The notes below the pieces were generated by a model, which saw only the letters and a program-made list of their open reading frames with translations, did no database searches and was not told the origin of the DNA. DNA of 56,309 bases. It comes from Trichomonas gallinae. Lineage: Eukaryota. How positions within the stretch are numbered: position 1 is the stretch's first letter; every line of letters begins with the position of its first letter. A program made the translations under genes and the position numbers. This document shows positions 30,831 to 42,591 of the stretch, one piece after another. The stretch lies in the NCBI GenBank assembly GCA_008369845.1, contig MRSU01000035.1, positions 1 to 56,309 on the forward strand, given 5' to 3'.

Positions 30831-31411
30831 AAAATTGAGAGGAAGATAGTAAAGCTTTCTGGACATCATCGTTGGGATGCATGAACCATAATGATAGAAT
30901 ATATCGCGATAAATCGAATGTTTGATCAAAATCATTGCTCGATCATGTTAAAACCAGTAATATTTATGTTCCTGCAATGAGAATTCATGCATATTCGCTA
31001 CTATAACGTTCCAAATAACAAAACTAGCAAGGCTTCTGAAAGGTTTCTTTTTTGACAGTCCATTCTATATGGGAACAATGCATTGTATTATTATAAGTTT
31101 GATATATATGAAAATATATATTAAACATAAAGACTATACAATGATTGGACAACTTTTCATATATTCTCGAACATATTATCTGCGTTATGAGTGTAATACG
31201 AATGTATTTTGACTTTTATCATCATTTTTGTTATATATCTATAATATTGACGTTAATTCACGAAATTTCAAAATTAATTCTTATATTTGGAACAATGTTG
31301 AAAAGTTTCGATATCCATGTCATTATCGACAGATACGATTTCTTTTCTTCTATCGCATTAAATGTCATTATCGACTGATTTGTAAATTATAAAAAATACA
31401 AACAATATTTA

Positions 31412-34400
31412 TTAATGTAAAAGGATAAGTGACACAGCATCAACAATGGACTGTTTTGGTCCGAGTTTCAATAATATTCGAAGCTTTGATTCGACATTCA
31501 ATAACTCAACAAACTTTTTTTGAATGTTTGTGATAAATGTCTCGAAGTTTAATTCATTGAGCGACTGCGAAGGATCAAATAAGAATGAAAACTCTTTGGC
31601 TACAAATCCAATAATTTTTCTCTTTTCTATTTCGAATGTACCTCTTGCTGAATCAATTTGCTTTTGTATTTCGAATTTCTGGCTCATTTTTTCGCATTCA
31701 TTCCGTGTTTCCAGCATATTCCTTGCTTGTAGTTCCTTTGATCGAAGTTCAGCAACCTCTAGCTCTAGCTTTTGATTAGTCAAAGAGAGCTCATTATTCG
31801 TTTTTGTTAGTTCTGAGTTAATACTATTAATCTTAGCCATTTCATCTGACAGAGACTGATTTTGACTTCTAATTCTTGATATTTCTTCATCATATGATTG
31901 AATTATATTCATATTTTGTTCTTTCAATGAATTCATCTGGAATTGATGCTCCATTTGTGCTCCATTGTTAAATACTTCGAATTTATGAATCATTTCATTA
32001 TTTTTATCTTGAAGTTTTTCGACTTTTTGCAATAATTTAGACTTGAGTTGTCTTAAGTCATGGTTTTCTTGCTTCAATTTGTCATTTCTTTCAGTAAGTA
32101 TCTTAAGTTCAGCTTTAACTCCTGCCAATGTGTTTAAAAGTTGTTGATTTGCATTAACGATTTCGTCAACTTTTGTTTGGGAAACTAATTTGATTTCGTC
32201 GATTTTCGAGGAAAATGCTTTCTCTGAGAAATTCAATCTTCTATCAAGCTCCTCTTTTTCATCTGTTATTTGTGACACTTGGCCTTTGAGTTTTGAATTT
32301 TGTGCATAGAGCTGAGAAATTTGATTATTAAGTTCATCAATTACTTCTGAATTTTTGATAAAAGCTTTTTCGTGTCTTGATTCTTTCTTTTTCTGGTCTT
32401 TGAGATTATTCTTTATTGCATTCTGTAATCTATGTGATTCGCTAGTTATCGATTGAAGATTTGCATAAGCTTCGTCATAAGTATTGACATTTAACAAATC
32501 GAGTAATTTTTGATATGCATTTTGAATTGTTAAGAGTTCCTCATTAAGATTATGATTGTCCTGATCCATTTTATTAAACTGCTCTATTAAAATCTGTTTA
32601 TCTCCTGGAGAATTCAAATCAAACTCTCCAAATTTCGAAACATTAATTTTATTGGCTTTTTCAGTTATTCTTGATGACTGTGAATTATACCATTTTGCAA
32701 TTATTGAGAAAAGCTGAGTGAGTTTTGTTGGAGTATTAAGTGTGCAATTTCCTAATTTATCAGCAAGTAATTTTCTTAGTTCTATTGGAAACTCTTCGAC
32801 TGTACTAATTGCTAAATCAATCAAATCAGATCTTATTTCTGGATTTTGTTTCATTTCATTTCTTATCACTCGAACTGAAGCTTGATTCATTTCATTGAAA
32901 GAATTAAATTGATTAGAATATATAGGTTCAAAATTCTTCATTCCATATGCAGAGGATTGATTTTGTATGATTTCATTAATCCTGGCTTCATTTGAAAAAT
33001 GATTTTTCATTATTTGGTTGAAGGAACTTTCATTTGAATATGTTTCACATGTTGAGAAATTATTCTGCTTTATATCATTAATTGTAGCTTCATTTTTGGG
33101 CTGTTCATTAATGAAATTTTGATTTGGATACATTGGATATATAAATGATTGATTTGATTTTGATTCATATGCAGAAGAAATTTGGTTTCTTTTTATTTCA
33201 TTTGTCGATTGATTTCTTTTTAGCTCTGTGATTGAATTTTGCAGGTTTTGCAATTGTGCAGCTAAAAGTTTGTTATCATTTGTCAAATCGTTTATTTTAA
33301 TTTTGTTTTGTTCGTTTTCGAATTTTGTTGAATTTAGCTGTTTCTCAAGATCTTCTATTCTGTTATTTTTAATTTTCAATATCTGCAAGTCAGCATTGAC
33401 GACAATTTGCTTACTTTCTTTTTCATTTTCTTTAATTTGTACTGTACTTACTTGTTTTCTTGTTTCAGCTACAAATTTTTCTGTTTTCATATCATTTAAC
33501 TCTTGAATTTGCTGCTGCACCATCAAATTTAATGATTTTTCTTTTTCTACTGCCGCTTTGAGCTGCTTTTCAATATATTTACGTGATGCAATTTCGTTGT
33601 CAAGTTTATCTCTTAAATCAGAGTTAGCTGACATTAATTCTCTTTTTTCGCCCAAAAACTGGGATTCTAATTCATTGATTTTAACTTTATACTGCATTAT
33701 TTCTCTTGATTGGTCAATGAATGTTGATTCTCTGTTTTTCTTAAGTTTTTCATTTTGATTAGATAAATTTTCAACTGTATTTTGCAATTCAGTGCATTTA
33801 TCAGATAAATTGCGTAATTTAATTTCATATGATTCTTTCAATGATTGTATTTCGCTCTCATGTGCAGACTTTAATACCATTATTCTAGATTTCAAATGAT
33901 CGAACTTATTTTTCCATTTAAGTGCTTGGAATAACTGTGTATCTGTGATATCGCATCCATCTTGAAATAGTTTTGGTTGTTTATTAGAATTAAAAGCATT
34001 ATTTAATTTATCAACGCTTTCAATAGAACAATTAAAGTATTTCGACGCATTTTGTAGTATATTGGAAAAATCATTATTAAACTTTGCAATTTGCTCACTC
34101 TGTTTAAGGATTTGATTTTGTAATTTCGAATTTATATCTGCAATTTGTTGTTTTGGTACTGAATTAATATTTTTATCTTGAATTGAATCACTTTCTGATA
34201 AAGAAAGTAGATCTATATTTAGATTTTGATTCTGATCTTCAATTTTTTGCAGAGCAATTCTTAATCTACGATGTAAATCATCATTTAGTGCCTCAGAAAG
34301 TCGCAGTTTGTTAGCCAAATTCATATTTTCGTGAAAAATTTGATCAATTTGTTGTGATACTGGAATTGCTTGATCTAATTGAACCTTCAACTTATTGATT

Positions 34401-34474
34401 TCTTCTTTTAGTATCGAATTCTCGTCCTTCAGTCGCTCAAAATCATAATCATAACTTTTCATTTCGTCTCCCAT
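31412..34474 (-). CDS. long coiled-coil protein, paralogue of 42592-45726
   Basis: Heptad-rich ORF; first ATG at 34474. N- and C-terminal segments are similar to those of the 42592-45726 protein. Confidence 0.85.
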   Translation of the reverse strand: MGDEMKSYDYDFERLKDENSILKEEINKLKVQLDQAIPVSQQIDQIFHENMNLANKLRLSEALNDDLHRRLRIALQKIEDQNQNLNIDLLSLSESDSIQDKNINSVPKQQIADINSKLQNQILKQSEQIAKFNNDFSNILQNASKYFNCSIESVDKLNNAFNSNKQPKLFQDGCDITDTQLFQALKWKNKFDHLKSRIMVLKSAHESEIQSLKESYEIKLRNLSDKCTELQNTVENLSNQNEKLKKNRESTFIDQSREIMQYKVKINELESQFLGEKRELMSANSDLRDKLDNEIASRKYIEKQLKAAVEKEKSLNLMVQQQIQELNDMKTEKFVAETRKQVSTVQIKENEKESKQIVVNADLQILKIKNNRIEDLEKQLNSTKFENEQNKIKINDLTNDNKLLAAQLQNLQNSITELKRNQSTNEIKRNQISSAYESKSNQSFIYPMYPNQNFINEQPKNEATINDIKQNNFSTCETYSNESSFNQIMKNHFSNEARINEIIQNQSSAYGMKNFEPIYSNQFNSFNEMNQASVRVIRNEMKQNPEIRSDLIDLAISTVEEFPIELRKLLADKLGNCTLNTPTKLTQLFSIIAKWYNSQSSRITEKANKINVSKFGEFDLNSPGDKQILIEQFNKMDQDNHNLNEELLTIQNAYQKLLDLLNVNTYDEAYANLQSITSESHRLQNAIKNNLKDQKKKESRHEKAFIKNSEVIDELNNQISQLYAQNSKLKGQVSQITDEKEELDRRLNFSEKAFSSKIDEIKLVSQTKVDEIVNANQQLLNTLAGVKAELKILTERNDKLKQENHDLRQLKSKLLQKVEKLQDKNNEMIHKFEVFNNGAQMEHQFQMNSLKEQNMNIIQSYDEEISRIRSQNQSLSDEMAKINSINSELTKTNNELSLTNQKLELEVAELRSKELQARNMLETRNECEKMSQKFEIQKQIDSARGTFEIEKRKIIGFVAKEFSFLFDPSQSLNELNFETFITNIQKKFVELLNVESKLRILLKLGPKQSIVDAVSLILLH

Positions 34475-34928
34475 AATTTTGGCGCCAAAAATAAACGGTC
34501 CCAAACTATCCACTAAATTATTTTGGCAGACCCTAAATATTGTATAACCTTATTTTTCAAATATAAAATAATCAAGATTAGTCCATGCTCTTTGCGTAGG
34601 ATTAATGAGCATAATAGTAGTTTCACTTTTTGCTAATATATTTGCTGTCAAAAACGTCTAGAAGAGGCGATTTTTTTAAAAAAAATCTGTTTTCTAAAAT
34701 TTTGACAAAACAAATTGCTGTCTGACATGTAAATTATAGAAAATAATACTGAATGTGACAATTTGCCATGTAAAATTATTCAACCTTTTCAATTTTAATT
34801 CCCTTGTCACCTAAACTATAAACTCAAATATTGTTTATTTTAATATCATCAATGATACGCAGAAAATTTCACCTCAACTATAAACTCAATGAAATACAAA
34901 AATGAAATTTTAAATTTTAGACAGACAA

Positions 34929-35468
34929 TTAATGTTTAATCTTCCAATCTAGTTCATCTCTCGAAACCGGTCTTGGAAGTGGTATCATGAATTTCTTTTC
35001 GGGATCTCGAGACATTGATTTTCTCATATCATAGCCATCTTCATTCAATGTTTCATAATAATTTATGATTGTTCTATATAGAGTGTAACCCATGTTCTTA
35101 TACATAGTTTGAGCAGATGTATTTGTCGGTCTAACGAATAAATCAACAAATTGTGCTTTGTAGTATTCATCGGAGGCCTTTTCTAAGAGGCTCATCAAAT
35201 GAGTAGCCAATCCTGTTCTTCTGTTGTCTTCAGCAATTGTAACTGCTGTAACGTGGCCTTTTTCTTCTCCTGGAGTGTTTTGATCAGCTTGACCAATAAT
35301 ATAGCCAACAATATTTCCATCATTGTTGCGTGTAGTCCATGCAAGCTCAGGCCAAAGAATCGTATAATACATATAGAATGGAACAGAGTATGTTTCTGTC
35401 CATGGATCAATGTTTACGCGGCTGTAATGCCAAATATCATCAAGACTCCAACGATTAACGCTGACCAT
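34929..35468 (-). CDS. NAA20: NatB catalytic subunit (N-alpha-acetyltransferase 20)
   Basis: VNIDPWTETY..PFYMYY..WP, HVTAVTIA, FVDLFVRPTN, EDGYDMRK. Confidence 0.93.
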   Translation of the reverse strand: MVSVNRWSLDDIWHYSRVNIDPWTETYSVPFYMYYTILWPELAWTTRNNDGNIVGYIIGQADQNTPGEEKGHVTAVTIAEDNRRTGLATHLMSLLEKASDEYYKAQFVDLFVRPTNTSAQTMYKNMGYTLYRTIINYYETLNEDGYDMRKSMSRDPEKKFMIPLPRPVSRDELDWKIKH

Positions 35469-35570
35469 ACTATTCTTCTTTTAAATAAATGATTTTGTCA
35501 TGTAAAAATTATTTTGTCGTGTAAACTAATTTCTGTTATATTTTTTTCTGATTGAGAAAAAGCCTTGATT

Positions 35571-35745
35571 ATAATGAGAAAAGTGAAACCATATACGCAA
35601 ACATTACATTGATTTTAACATAAATCAAAATCAAATGAAAATTAAAAATATCGCAGAATTATCCATTTATATAATGAGAAAAGTGAAACTATATAAGCAA
35701 ATGTTGCATTGATACTCAGCATTTTAAAATAAATCAAAATCAGAT
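35571..35745. repeat. 100-bp-period direct duplication
   Basis: ataatgagaaaagtgaaac.atata.gcaaa at 35571 and 35671, each followed by taaatcaaaatca. Confidence 0.75.
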
Positions 35746-35775
35746 AATAATAATACTATATTCTTTATTTGAACA

Positions 35776-37119
35776 TTACACAGTATACATAACTTTGTAA
35801 TCTGGATCTTTCTCCCTTTCTTTGACATCTTTTTGTTTTCTACATGATAAAACAACAACTGTAACAATAATAGCGATGCCAAGGATGGCAAATACTGATC
35901 CAGTGACTGCAAAAATAATTTTCTTCCTCGATTGACCACTTTCTTGATCATCATCTGGTTTTGCAGTTGGAGATGTAATAATACGAGTTGGTTCACGAGT
36001 CGGTTCACGTGTTGGATCATGTGTTGGTTCAGATGGATCAGGACTTGGTGATGGAAATGCACACTGTGGAACAACTGTTACTTTATTTTTATAAAATGGA
36101 GAATTAATTGTACTGTAAACATCTAATTTTGAGTCAAATACTGACGATATTGAGCCATCAATTATAGGATAAACAGTTGTGCATAATAATATATTCGCTG
36201 TTTTTGCAATCTTCGTGAAGACACCCTCAGATAAGGATACTGATGATTTGAATGTGATGTACTTCAAATTTGTGCATTTAGTAAAGGCTTCTGTGTGGAT
36301 AAAATTAATACTGGGTGGAAAAACAACTGATAGCAATGAATTACATGCTGAAAATGCAGTGCCAAGAATATCAACGAGGTTATTTCCAAATGTTGCATGC
36401 TTCAAATTGTTTGAATCACGAAATGCATTTGGATAAATATGTTTTAGATTAGCTGGGAACTTAAACTCGACAAGATTATCGCAGTCGGCAAATGCGTAGT
36501 CACGAATCTGTGTTATAGTACTCGGAAGATCGATTTTTGATAATTTTGAACAATACATAAAGCACCTCATTGGAATGTATGTGTTAACTGCAGGAACGAC
36601 AAAGTTATCTAAACTAGTGCATGATTCGAAACAGCTGTTGTTGAGATAACATTTTTGTGAAAGATTGATTGTTTTTAGTGAACTGCAGGCTTCAAATGCT
36701 CTAAACTGAAGAGTAATGGGAACCTCTGAAGAAGCTGATGCGAAATTAACTGCAGAAAGAGATGTACAATCTCTAAATGCATCAAAGCCAATTTCAACTA
36801 AAGTTGGAGGTAGATTAATTGTAGTGAGCTTTTCGCATTCTCTAAAACAATTGTCTGGGATAGTATCAATATTTTCAAGAATAGTTGCTGATAAAAGTGC
36901 CGGATATTCTCTGAAACAAGCTGGAGGTATTGTAATTTTTCCTGAAACTTTGAGACTTGTCATTGATTTTGAGCTATCTAATCTTTCTAAAACTTCAATA
37001 TCTATTGTTGGACTATATCGCAGCGATGTGATTGTCATTGCGTAGTTTTCGAATACATATCGAATGTTGCCTTGATCAATTGTCTCTGAAATCGACTTTG
37101 CTAAAAAAAGAGAAAACAT
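35776..37119 (-). CDS. BspA-like (TpLRR/LRR_5) surface protein
   Basis: Repeats of type LP..L..I...AF..C..L, Pro/Thr linker (PTREPTREPT), TM helix, cytosolic tail with YKVM (YxxPhi). First ATG at 37119. Confidence 0.93.
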   Translation of the reverse strand: MFSLFLAKSISETIDQGNIRYVFENYAMTITSLRYSPTIDIEVLERLDSSKSMTSLKVSGKITIPPACFREYPALLSATILENIDTIPDNCFRECEKLTTINLPPTLVEIGFDAFRDCTSLSAVNFASASSEVPITLQFRAFEACSSLKTINLSQKCYLNNSCFESCTSLDNFVVPAVNTYIPMRCFMYCSKLSKIDLPSTITQIRDYAFADCDNLVEFKFPANLKHIYPNAFRDSNNLKHATFGNNLVDILGTAFSACNSLLSVVFPPSINFIHTEAFTKCTNLKYITFKSSVSLSEGVFTKIAKTANILLCTTVYPIIDGSISSVFDSKLDVYSTINSPFYKNKVTVVPQCAFPSPSPDPSEPTHDPTREPTREPTRIITSPTAKPDDDQESGQSRKKIIFAVTGSVFAILGIAIIVTVVVLSCRKQKDVKEREKDPDYKVMYTV

Positions 37120-37599
37120 TGAGATTTGGTAAAATTGTAAAATGAAAAACAAAACAAAATTCCATAATAATTACATGTAACAATGTAAACTTTAAATTTA
37201 AAATAGACTTAATAATTTTGTCATGTAAAGACTTTACACTTTTTTGGCCATGAATAAATTTTTCAATTATTGAGTATAATTAATCTAAATATAAATTATT
37301 TCACTTTTTCTCATATAACATTAATGAAATATTGAGTTTTTATTTTTGAAAAATTTATTTTCATCGACAATAGTTATTTTCATTCGAAAAATTGCTTATA
37401 TATTCGATGGTTATTGTATTCTTCATATTAAAAATGGTTAAATACAAACATTTTATCAAGATTTTCATGTAAAGATTAAAATTTTGTTGTATTTAGCTGT
37501 AAAACACTCCGCATATTCTAAAAATTAAGTCAAATCTTCAAAAAAATTGAACAACAAAAATAACGATAACGATAAAAATAAAGAATTCTAAAAAAAATT

Positions 37600-40500
37600 A
37601 TGCAACAACCAACTCTCGAAGAATTACTGCATGATAACCTTATTGATGTTGAGCAGTTCAAGAAGACGCCTGAGATGGTTAAGACTTTGGAGTGTTTTCA
37701 CTATGATTTGCCCGTCCATCCTGATTTTTCACCATTTCCGGGCCTTGTAGAACTCAGGATCATTGAACAAGATGTGGTTGACTTAGAATTCCTCAAAGAC
37801 TGCAAGAATTTACAAACATTGATAATTTTTCACACGCCTTTGAAGGATATATCAGGATTGAAATATTCTCCATATATAAAGCAGCTGATTCTTGAAGGAA
37901 ATAAGATTATGCAGTTTCCAGACATCACAGATTTCGAGGATATTGTTGAATTAAGCGTTGCAGAAAATCCAATTAAAGAAATAAAAGAATTTCCACGCAA
38001 CGAATCATTACAAATCCTCAATCTTTCGAATATTGGACTTTCATACTTATCAGAAACAATCGTTAATTTCCCAAATATCTATAAATTACAAATCGCAAAT
38101 AATAATCTTCACGATTATTCGATATTTAGGATTCTCGCTCAATTACCGAAGCTTACAGAATTGTATTTATATGACCCAATTTACGATGAAAATCCTATTT
38201 GCTCTTTTCCAAATTATGATATTCTTCCTCTTGCTTTATTACCAAATTTGACCATCTTGGATACATATAAAGTCAATGATAAGATGAAACAACAGTCCCA
38301 AAACAGAAGAAAACACGCAGAACTTTATTATTTATTCGAAGCATCATCAAATATGTCATTAATCTACGATCAGCTCGAAGAATTCCACAGCAAAGCCAAC
38401 GAGTGCCTCAATTCTATAACTTACGAGAATCAAATTGATCGAGAATTATTTTCCGATGTTTACAATATTATAAAAGATTTCGACCAGATCGGCATAGCTC
38501 TGCAGGAGTTCTACAGGCAGACGTCAACAACGACATTCATGACCGGCGGATGTATCACGATCGAGCAAATCGACACAGAAAACGAACAATCGAGGAACAT
38601 TGAAGATCTGATCCTCAAGAAGTGCACAACCAAAGAGAATTTCACGCTGTACGGAGTCTGGAAAGTCACTCATACGGCTGCGTTGTCTGAAATTGAAAAA
38701 GACGAGCTCGTTGAGCCTAGTAAATACGAAATTGTTGTCCCTGAGTCACTCAATGATGTAATTAAGTGGCTTTCAGACTGGCATCACGTTCAGCCAAATT
38801 TAGAAGTTCAGTCTTCAATAACAATCAGCTCGCAGACATCAGTAATATTCTGTGATCCACGAGGAAAGAGCGGTGTGCTGATTCCTGAATACATAGCTTT
38901 CTTCTGTGAATCTTTTGATTATGCATCTAACGAAATAAACAGAATCTGCGCACAAATCAAAGACTTAAAAGTTCCACAAGAGTCAATTATCAACGATGAG
39001 TCATTGTTTATCCTCCTAAAGCCTTTTGAATTGAAAGATACTCTTGTTAACATTACTCTAACGAATTGCGGCGTTAAATCACTTTCACAGTTCTCAGGTG
39101 TAACGAATCTGAAGTTTCTAGCCCTTCCTTTCAACGAAATAACAACTGTAAGAGATCTTCCTGAATTTCCGGCTCTTGACGTTTTAGATATCTCATATAA
39201 CAAGGTTTCTACCATTCCCGACCTTCTCCCCGACAGTGACGCAGCTGCTGACTCAGTCAAACTCTTCATTTTCTTTGGAAATCCGATTTGCAATCCAAGA
39301 ACCATTGCTTTATCTATGAATTTCTTCAGGAATTCAGCATCTATTATCAACGAGCCGAGGATTCCACTCTATGTTCCCCTCGAATCTCCAAGCGACGTCT
39401 TTTTAACATCTGTTTTTCCACCTGGAATTCAGTTAGAGTCCATTTCATCATTGGATTTCAGGAACCAGTGCTTGGTTACACTCGCTCCGCTTTCTCAGCT
39501 TCCTGCTCTTAAGATTTTGTATGCATCAGATAATATGTTGGAATCTATCGACTTTACATCAAAGACACTGACATTTGCGGACTTATCTTTGAATAATATA
39601 CAGAATTTCCCAACAGAACAGAATTTTCCAGCAATTGAAACATTATTGTTGAATGGCAACCAAATTTCCAAACTTTCTAGGATAGAAAACCTTCTCGCTT
39701 TGTTTATTTCAGATAATCAAGTCTCAGATCTAATCACAGAAGAATTATTCCCAAATCTTGTTTCTTTGTGTTGCAATGGTAACCCATTCCTCAAGAATTA
39801 CAACGACAACAGAATAATTTTCGGTTTATCCAAGCTGAAAATGCTGAATGGAACAAGAATCACACCAGCTATTGCTCAAAAAGCGAAAAACATGTACACA
39901 GGAGTCTTATTTGCTGAAACCAATTCGCAGCTGTTCAAGACAGGAACAACAACAATGTCGTTGGCTGAGCGTGGCTTGAAAGATGTTAATGCGCTGAAAA
40001 GTGATACGTTAATCGACCTAGATTTGAGCAAGAACAATATATCTACCATTACATGGGAGAGCACAAGTGTTCCACGACTTCAAAAACTCAATCTTTCGAA
40101 TAATTCGATGTTGTTATTCGATTTCGTTCAGTTTATTCCTAGACTAAGATATCTCGATCTATCATTCAACAAGATTACTGATGATATCTTGACTTGTTTG
40201 CAAAACACACCGTTCAATTCTTTGCAAACTTTAATTATCGCAAATAACAACATCAAAGGCATAGATGTCTTTTCAACTAAGACATTCCCCAACCTAGAAA
40301 CACTCAGCTTGTCCCACAACTACATAAACAGGATCGGACCAGGCGCATTTTCTCATCCTAAGCTTTCCATCATCGATTTATCATATAACTCGCTTAAGAA
40401 ACTCGATAACATCGCTTCCCAGCAAATCACAGCACTGGATTTGTCGCACAACAGGATTCCAACTGTCGATGAAGTCGAAAAACTTCGTCCGTGTGCGCAA

Positions 40501-40776
40501 TTGCTTAAATTCGCGTTCAGCGACAACAATCTCACGCAGAGGATCTCGCCGCGCATCAGGATTCTGTCAATACTCCGCTCTGTGAAAGAGATGGATGGGA
40601 AACCTGTCACTGAGTCAGACTTGAACCAGGTGAGAATCATAACTGAGCAGATGACCGGCGGACCGATTGTTTCTGCACGCTCACCGAAAGGACCAGCACC
40701 ATCCGCCACAAACCAGGTCTTGCCGCCCCTCCAGGGTGGAATGAAGAAGAAGACATTGCGTTTTCCAAGACAATAA
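37600..40776 (+). CDS. leucine-rich repeat protein, LRRC9-like
   Basis: SDS22-type LRR blocks with LYLYDPIYDENPICSFPNY...LPNLTILD cap and a central non-LRR region ending LIPEYI. Confidence 0.8.
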   Translation: MQQPTLEELLHDNLIDVEQFKKTPEMVKTLECFHYDLPVHPDFSPFPGLVELRIIEQDVVDLEFLKDCKNLQTLIIFHTPLKDISGLKYSPYIKQLILEGNKIMQFPDITDFEDIVELSVAENPIKEIKEFPRNESLQILNLSNIGLSYLSETIVNFPNIYKLQIANNNLHDYSIFRILAQLPKLTELYLYDPIYDENPICSFPNYDILPLALLPNLTILDTYKVNDKMKQQSQNRRKHAELYYLFEASSNMSLIYDQLEEFHSKANECLNSITYENQIDRELFSDVYNIIKDFDQIGIALQEFYRQTSTTTFMTGGCITIEQIDTENEQSRNIEDLILKKCTTKENFTLYGVWKVTHTAALSEIEKDELVEPSKYEIVVPESLNDVIKWLSDWHHVQPNLEVQSSITISSQTSVIFCDPRGKSGVLIPEYIAFFCESFDYASNEINRICAQIKDLKVPQESIINDESLFILLKPFELKDTLVNITLTNCGVKSLSQFSGVTNLKFLALPFNEITTVRDLPEFPALDVLDISYNKVSTIPDLLPDSDAAADSVKLFIFFGNPICNPRTIALSMNFFRNSASIINEPRIPLYVPLESPSDVFLTSVFPPGIQLESISSLDFRNQCLVTLAPLSQLPALKILYASDNMLESIDFTSKTLTFADLSLNNIQNFPTEQNFPAIETLLLNGNQISKLSRIENLLALFISDNQVSDLITEELFPNLVSLCCNGNPFLKNYNDNRIIFGLSKLKMLNGTRITPAIAQKAKNMYTGVLFAETNSQLFKTGTTTMSLAERGLKDVNALKSDTLIDLDLSKNNISTITWESTSVPRLQKLNLSNNSMLLFDFVQFIPRLRYLDLSFNKITDDILTCLQNTPFNSLQTLIIANNNIKGIDVFSTKTFPNLETLSLSHNYINRIGPGAFSHPKLSIIDLSYNSLKKLDNIASQQITALDLSHNRIPTVDEVEKLRPCAQLLKFAFSDNNLTQRISPRIRILSILRSVKEMDGKPVTESDLNQVRIITEQMTGGPIVSARSPKGPAPSATNQVLPPLQGGMKKKTLRFPRQ

Positions 40777-41529
40777 TTTTGTTTTCATATATATATATAT
40801 AAAATGTTTGTTTTATTACAACTATTTTTCATTTCTCTTTAATACACATAACAACAATCAAATAATAATTGACTTTTTTTTTAGAAGACAGTAAACAAAA
40901 AACTGACAACCAATAGTAATATTTTCTGTCATGTAAACAAAAAGAATATCGTGTAAATATTTTAATCATAATTTCTTAATTCTTTATTAATTTCAAAACT
41001 CGCCTATTTGTCAATATTTTGCATGAAGTGTTGTGTACCGAAATCGGTCACGAAAAAGTATATATTCTTACATGTCAGATTTTGAGCTGTAGATCGGGGG
41101 AAGAATTTAAAAAAATATCATTATTGGGTATGTTCAAGACATGACACAAACATTAGTTATGTCGCATCAAAACCTTAATAGCCCACAAAATAGAAAAGAT
41201 GCAGCCGCAAAAGAACAATAATAAACATAGAGTAGAATTTGTAAATTACAGCGAGCAAAAATTAAATATCACAATAATAAACATAGAGTAGAATTTGTAA
41301 TAGACTGCTATCATTCAGATTTGTAATAAAACGAATCTAAGGCAAATTAATTCTTGAATATCAATACATACTCCATCAAAGCGAAATTCTAAGGCAAATT
41401 AATTCTTTGAATAGACCAAATTTAATATAGGCTCACGTAAAGAACATAAATAGCAGTATTTATGAACATCTAATGGTACAAAATACAGTGAATCTTTGTA
41501 ATTAAATATCATGATTTTTGTCATGTAAA

Positions 41530-42250
41530 ATGGCAATTTCGTTACTCTTCACTCATCTGGTTTTGGTTTATTACAATTATGGAAAGAGTCAATACGTGGA
41601 CTGGATTAAACATAATAATTAATTTCTATTCACAATGTATTTTAATGTTTATAAGTGGAAAATGCGATCCTGTAAATCTTCCTTTGGAAACATTTCGAAT
41701 GGGTGGAAAATACTATTTTGTCAATCAGATTTTAATCTCAGTATGGTTTTATATGACAATTGATAATATTAAGGATGATATTTGTAATTATTCCTAATTC
41801 TGTTAACTTTTATGTAAAACTATACTGAGTTCATGATCAGATTGACAAAATCTAATCAATAATTTATAGGCTTTGTATTTTAAATCAACTGTAGTATTTT
41901 AATCATTATCGGGGACTATCTTTGATATTATTCATTTTGCAATATCTTCTTTAATAAATTTTGAAGCGATTCTCGAATTTAATGGATAAAAATCGAATTT
42001 GGTCGGAAAGATCCTAATACAATTGAAATTCAGACATTTGTACCTAACTTATTCGCAGATTCATGTCCATATTGGTCCAAAGTAACAACCGATGTATTTT
42101 TCCTATTTCCACTAAATGGATACCAAATGTAGTATCTGAAGAATAAATTATGGCATTAATTGACACTATGAACTGAAATCATGGTTATGCCCCATCATGT
42201 ATGGAATATCCATGATGGATATACTCCATATGATTCATGTAGAACCGTGA
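41530..42250 (+). pseudogene. possible decayed protein-coding gene
   Basis: ATG at ~41530 gives MAISLLFTHLVLVYYNYGKSQYVDWIK*, followed by short coding-like fragments in other frames (DPVNLPLETFRMGGKYYF; DPNTIEIQTFVPNLFADSCPYWSKV). Confidence 0.3.
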
Positions 42251-42591
42251 TTTCAGCCAAAATCCATTTTTAAATTTGACGTGTAAAGTGTCAAATTTGA
42301 CGCCTATCAGGAGGTCATGAACTCACAAATATGTGCATGTATATGATCATGTGGCACATATCTCATATGATGTTGAAATCCATCATATGATCACAGACAA
42401 GATTTATTTGAATTTTTTTCTAAAATCAGAAGATAATCTTGTCGTAGGTTCTCAAGACATATTCGCTGAAAGACTATGGTTATTTTATCATTGTTGTAGC
42501 CTATATTATTTAATTACACGATCAACTTTAGCAATTCATAAGATATCTTAATAAATTTCTGTTGTATTAATAAAAAAGCAACAAAAAATAT

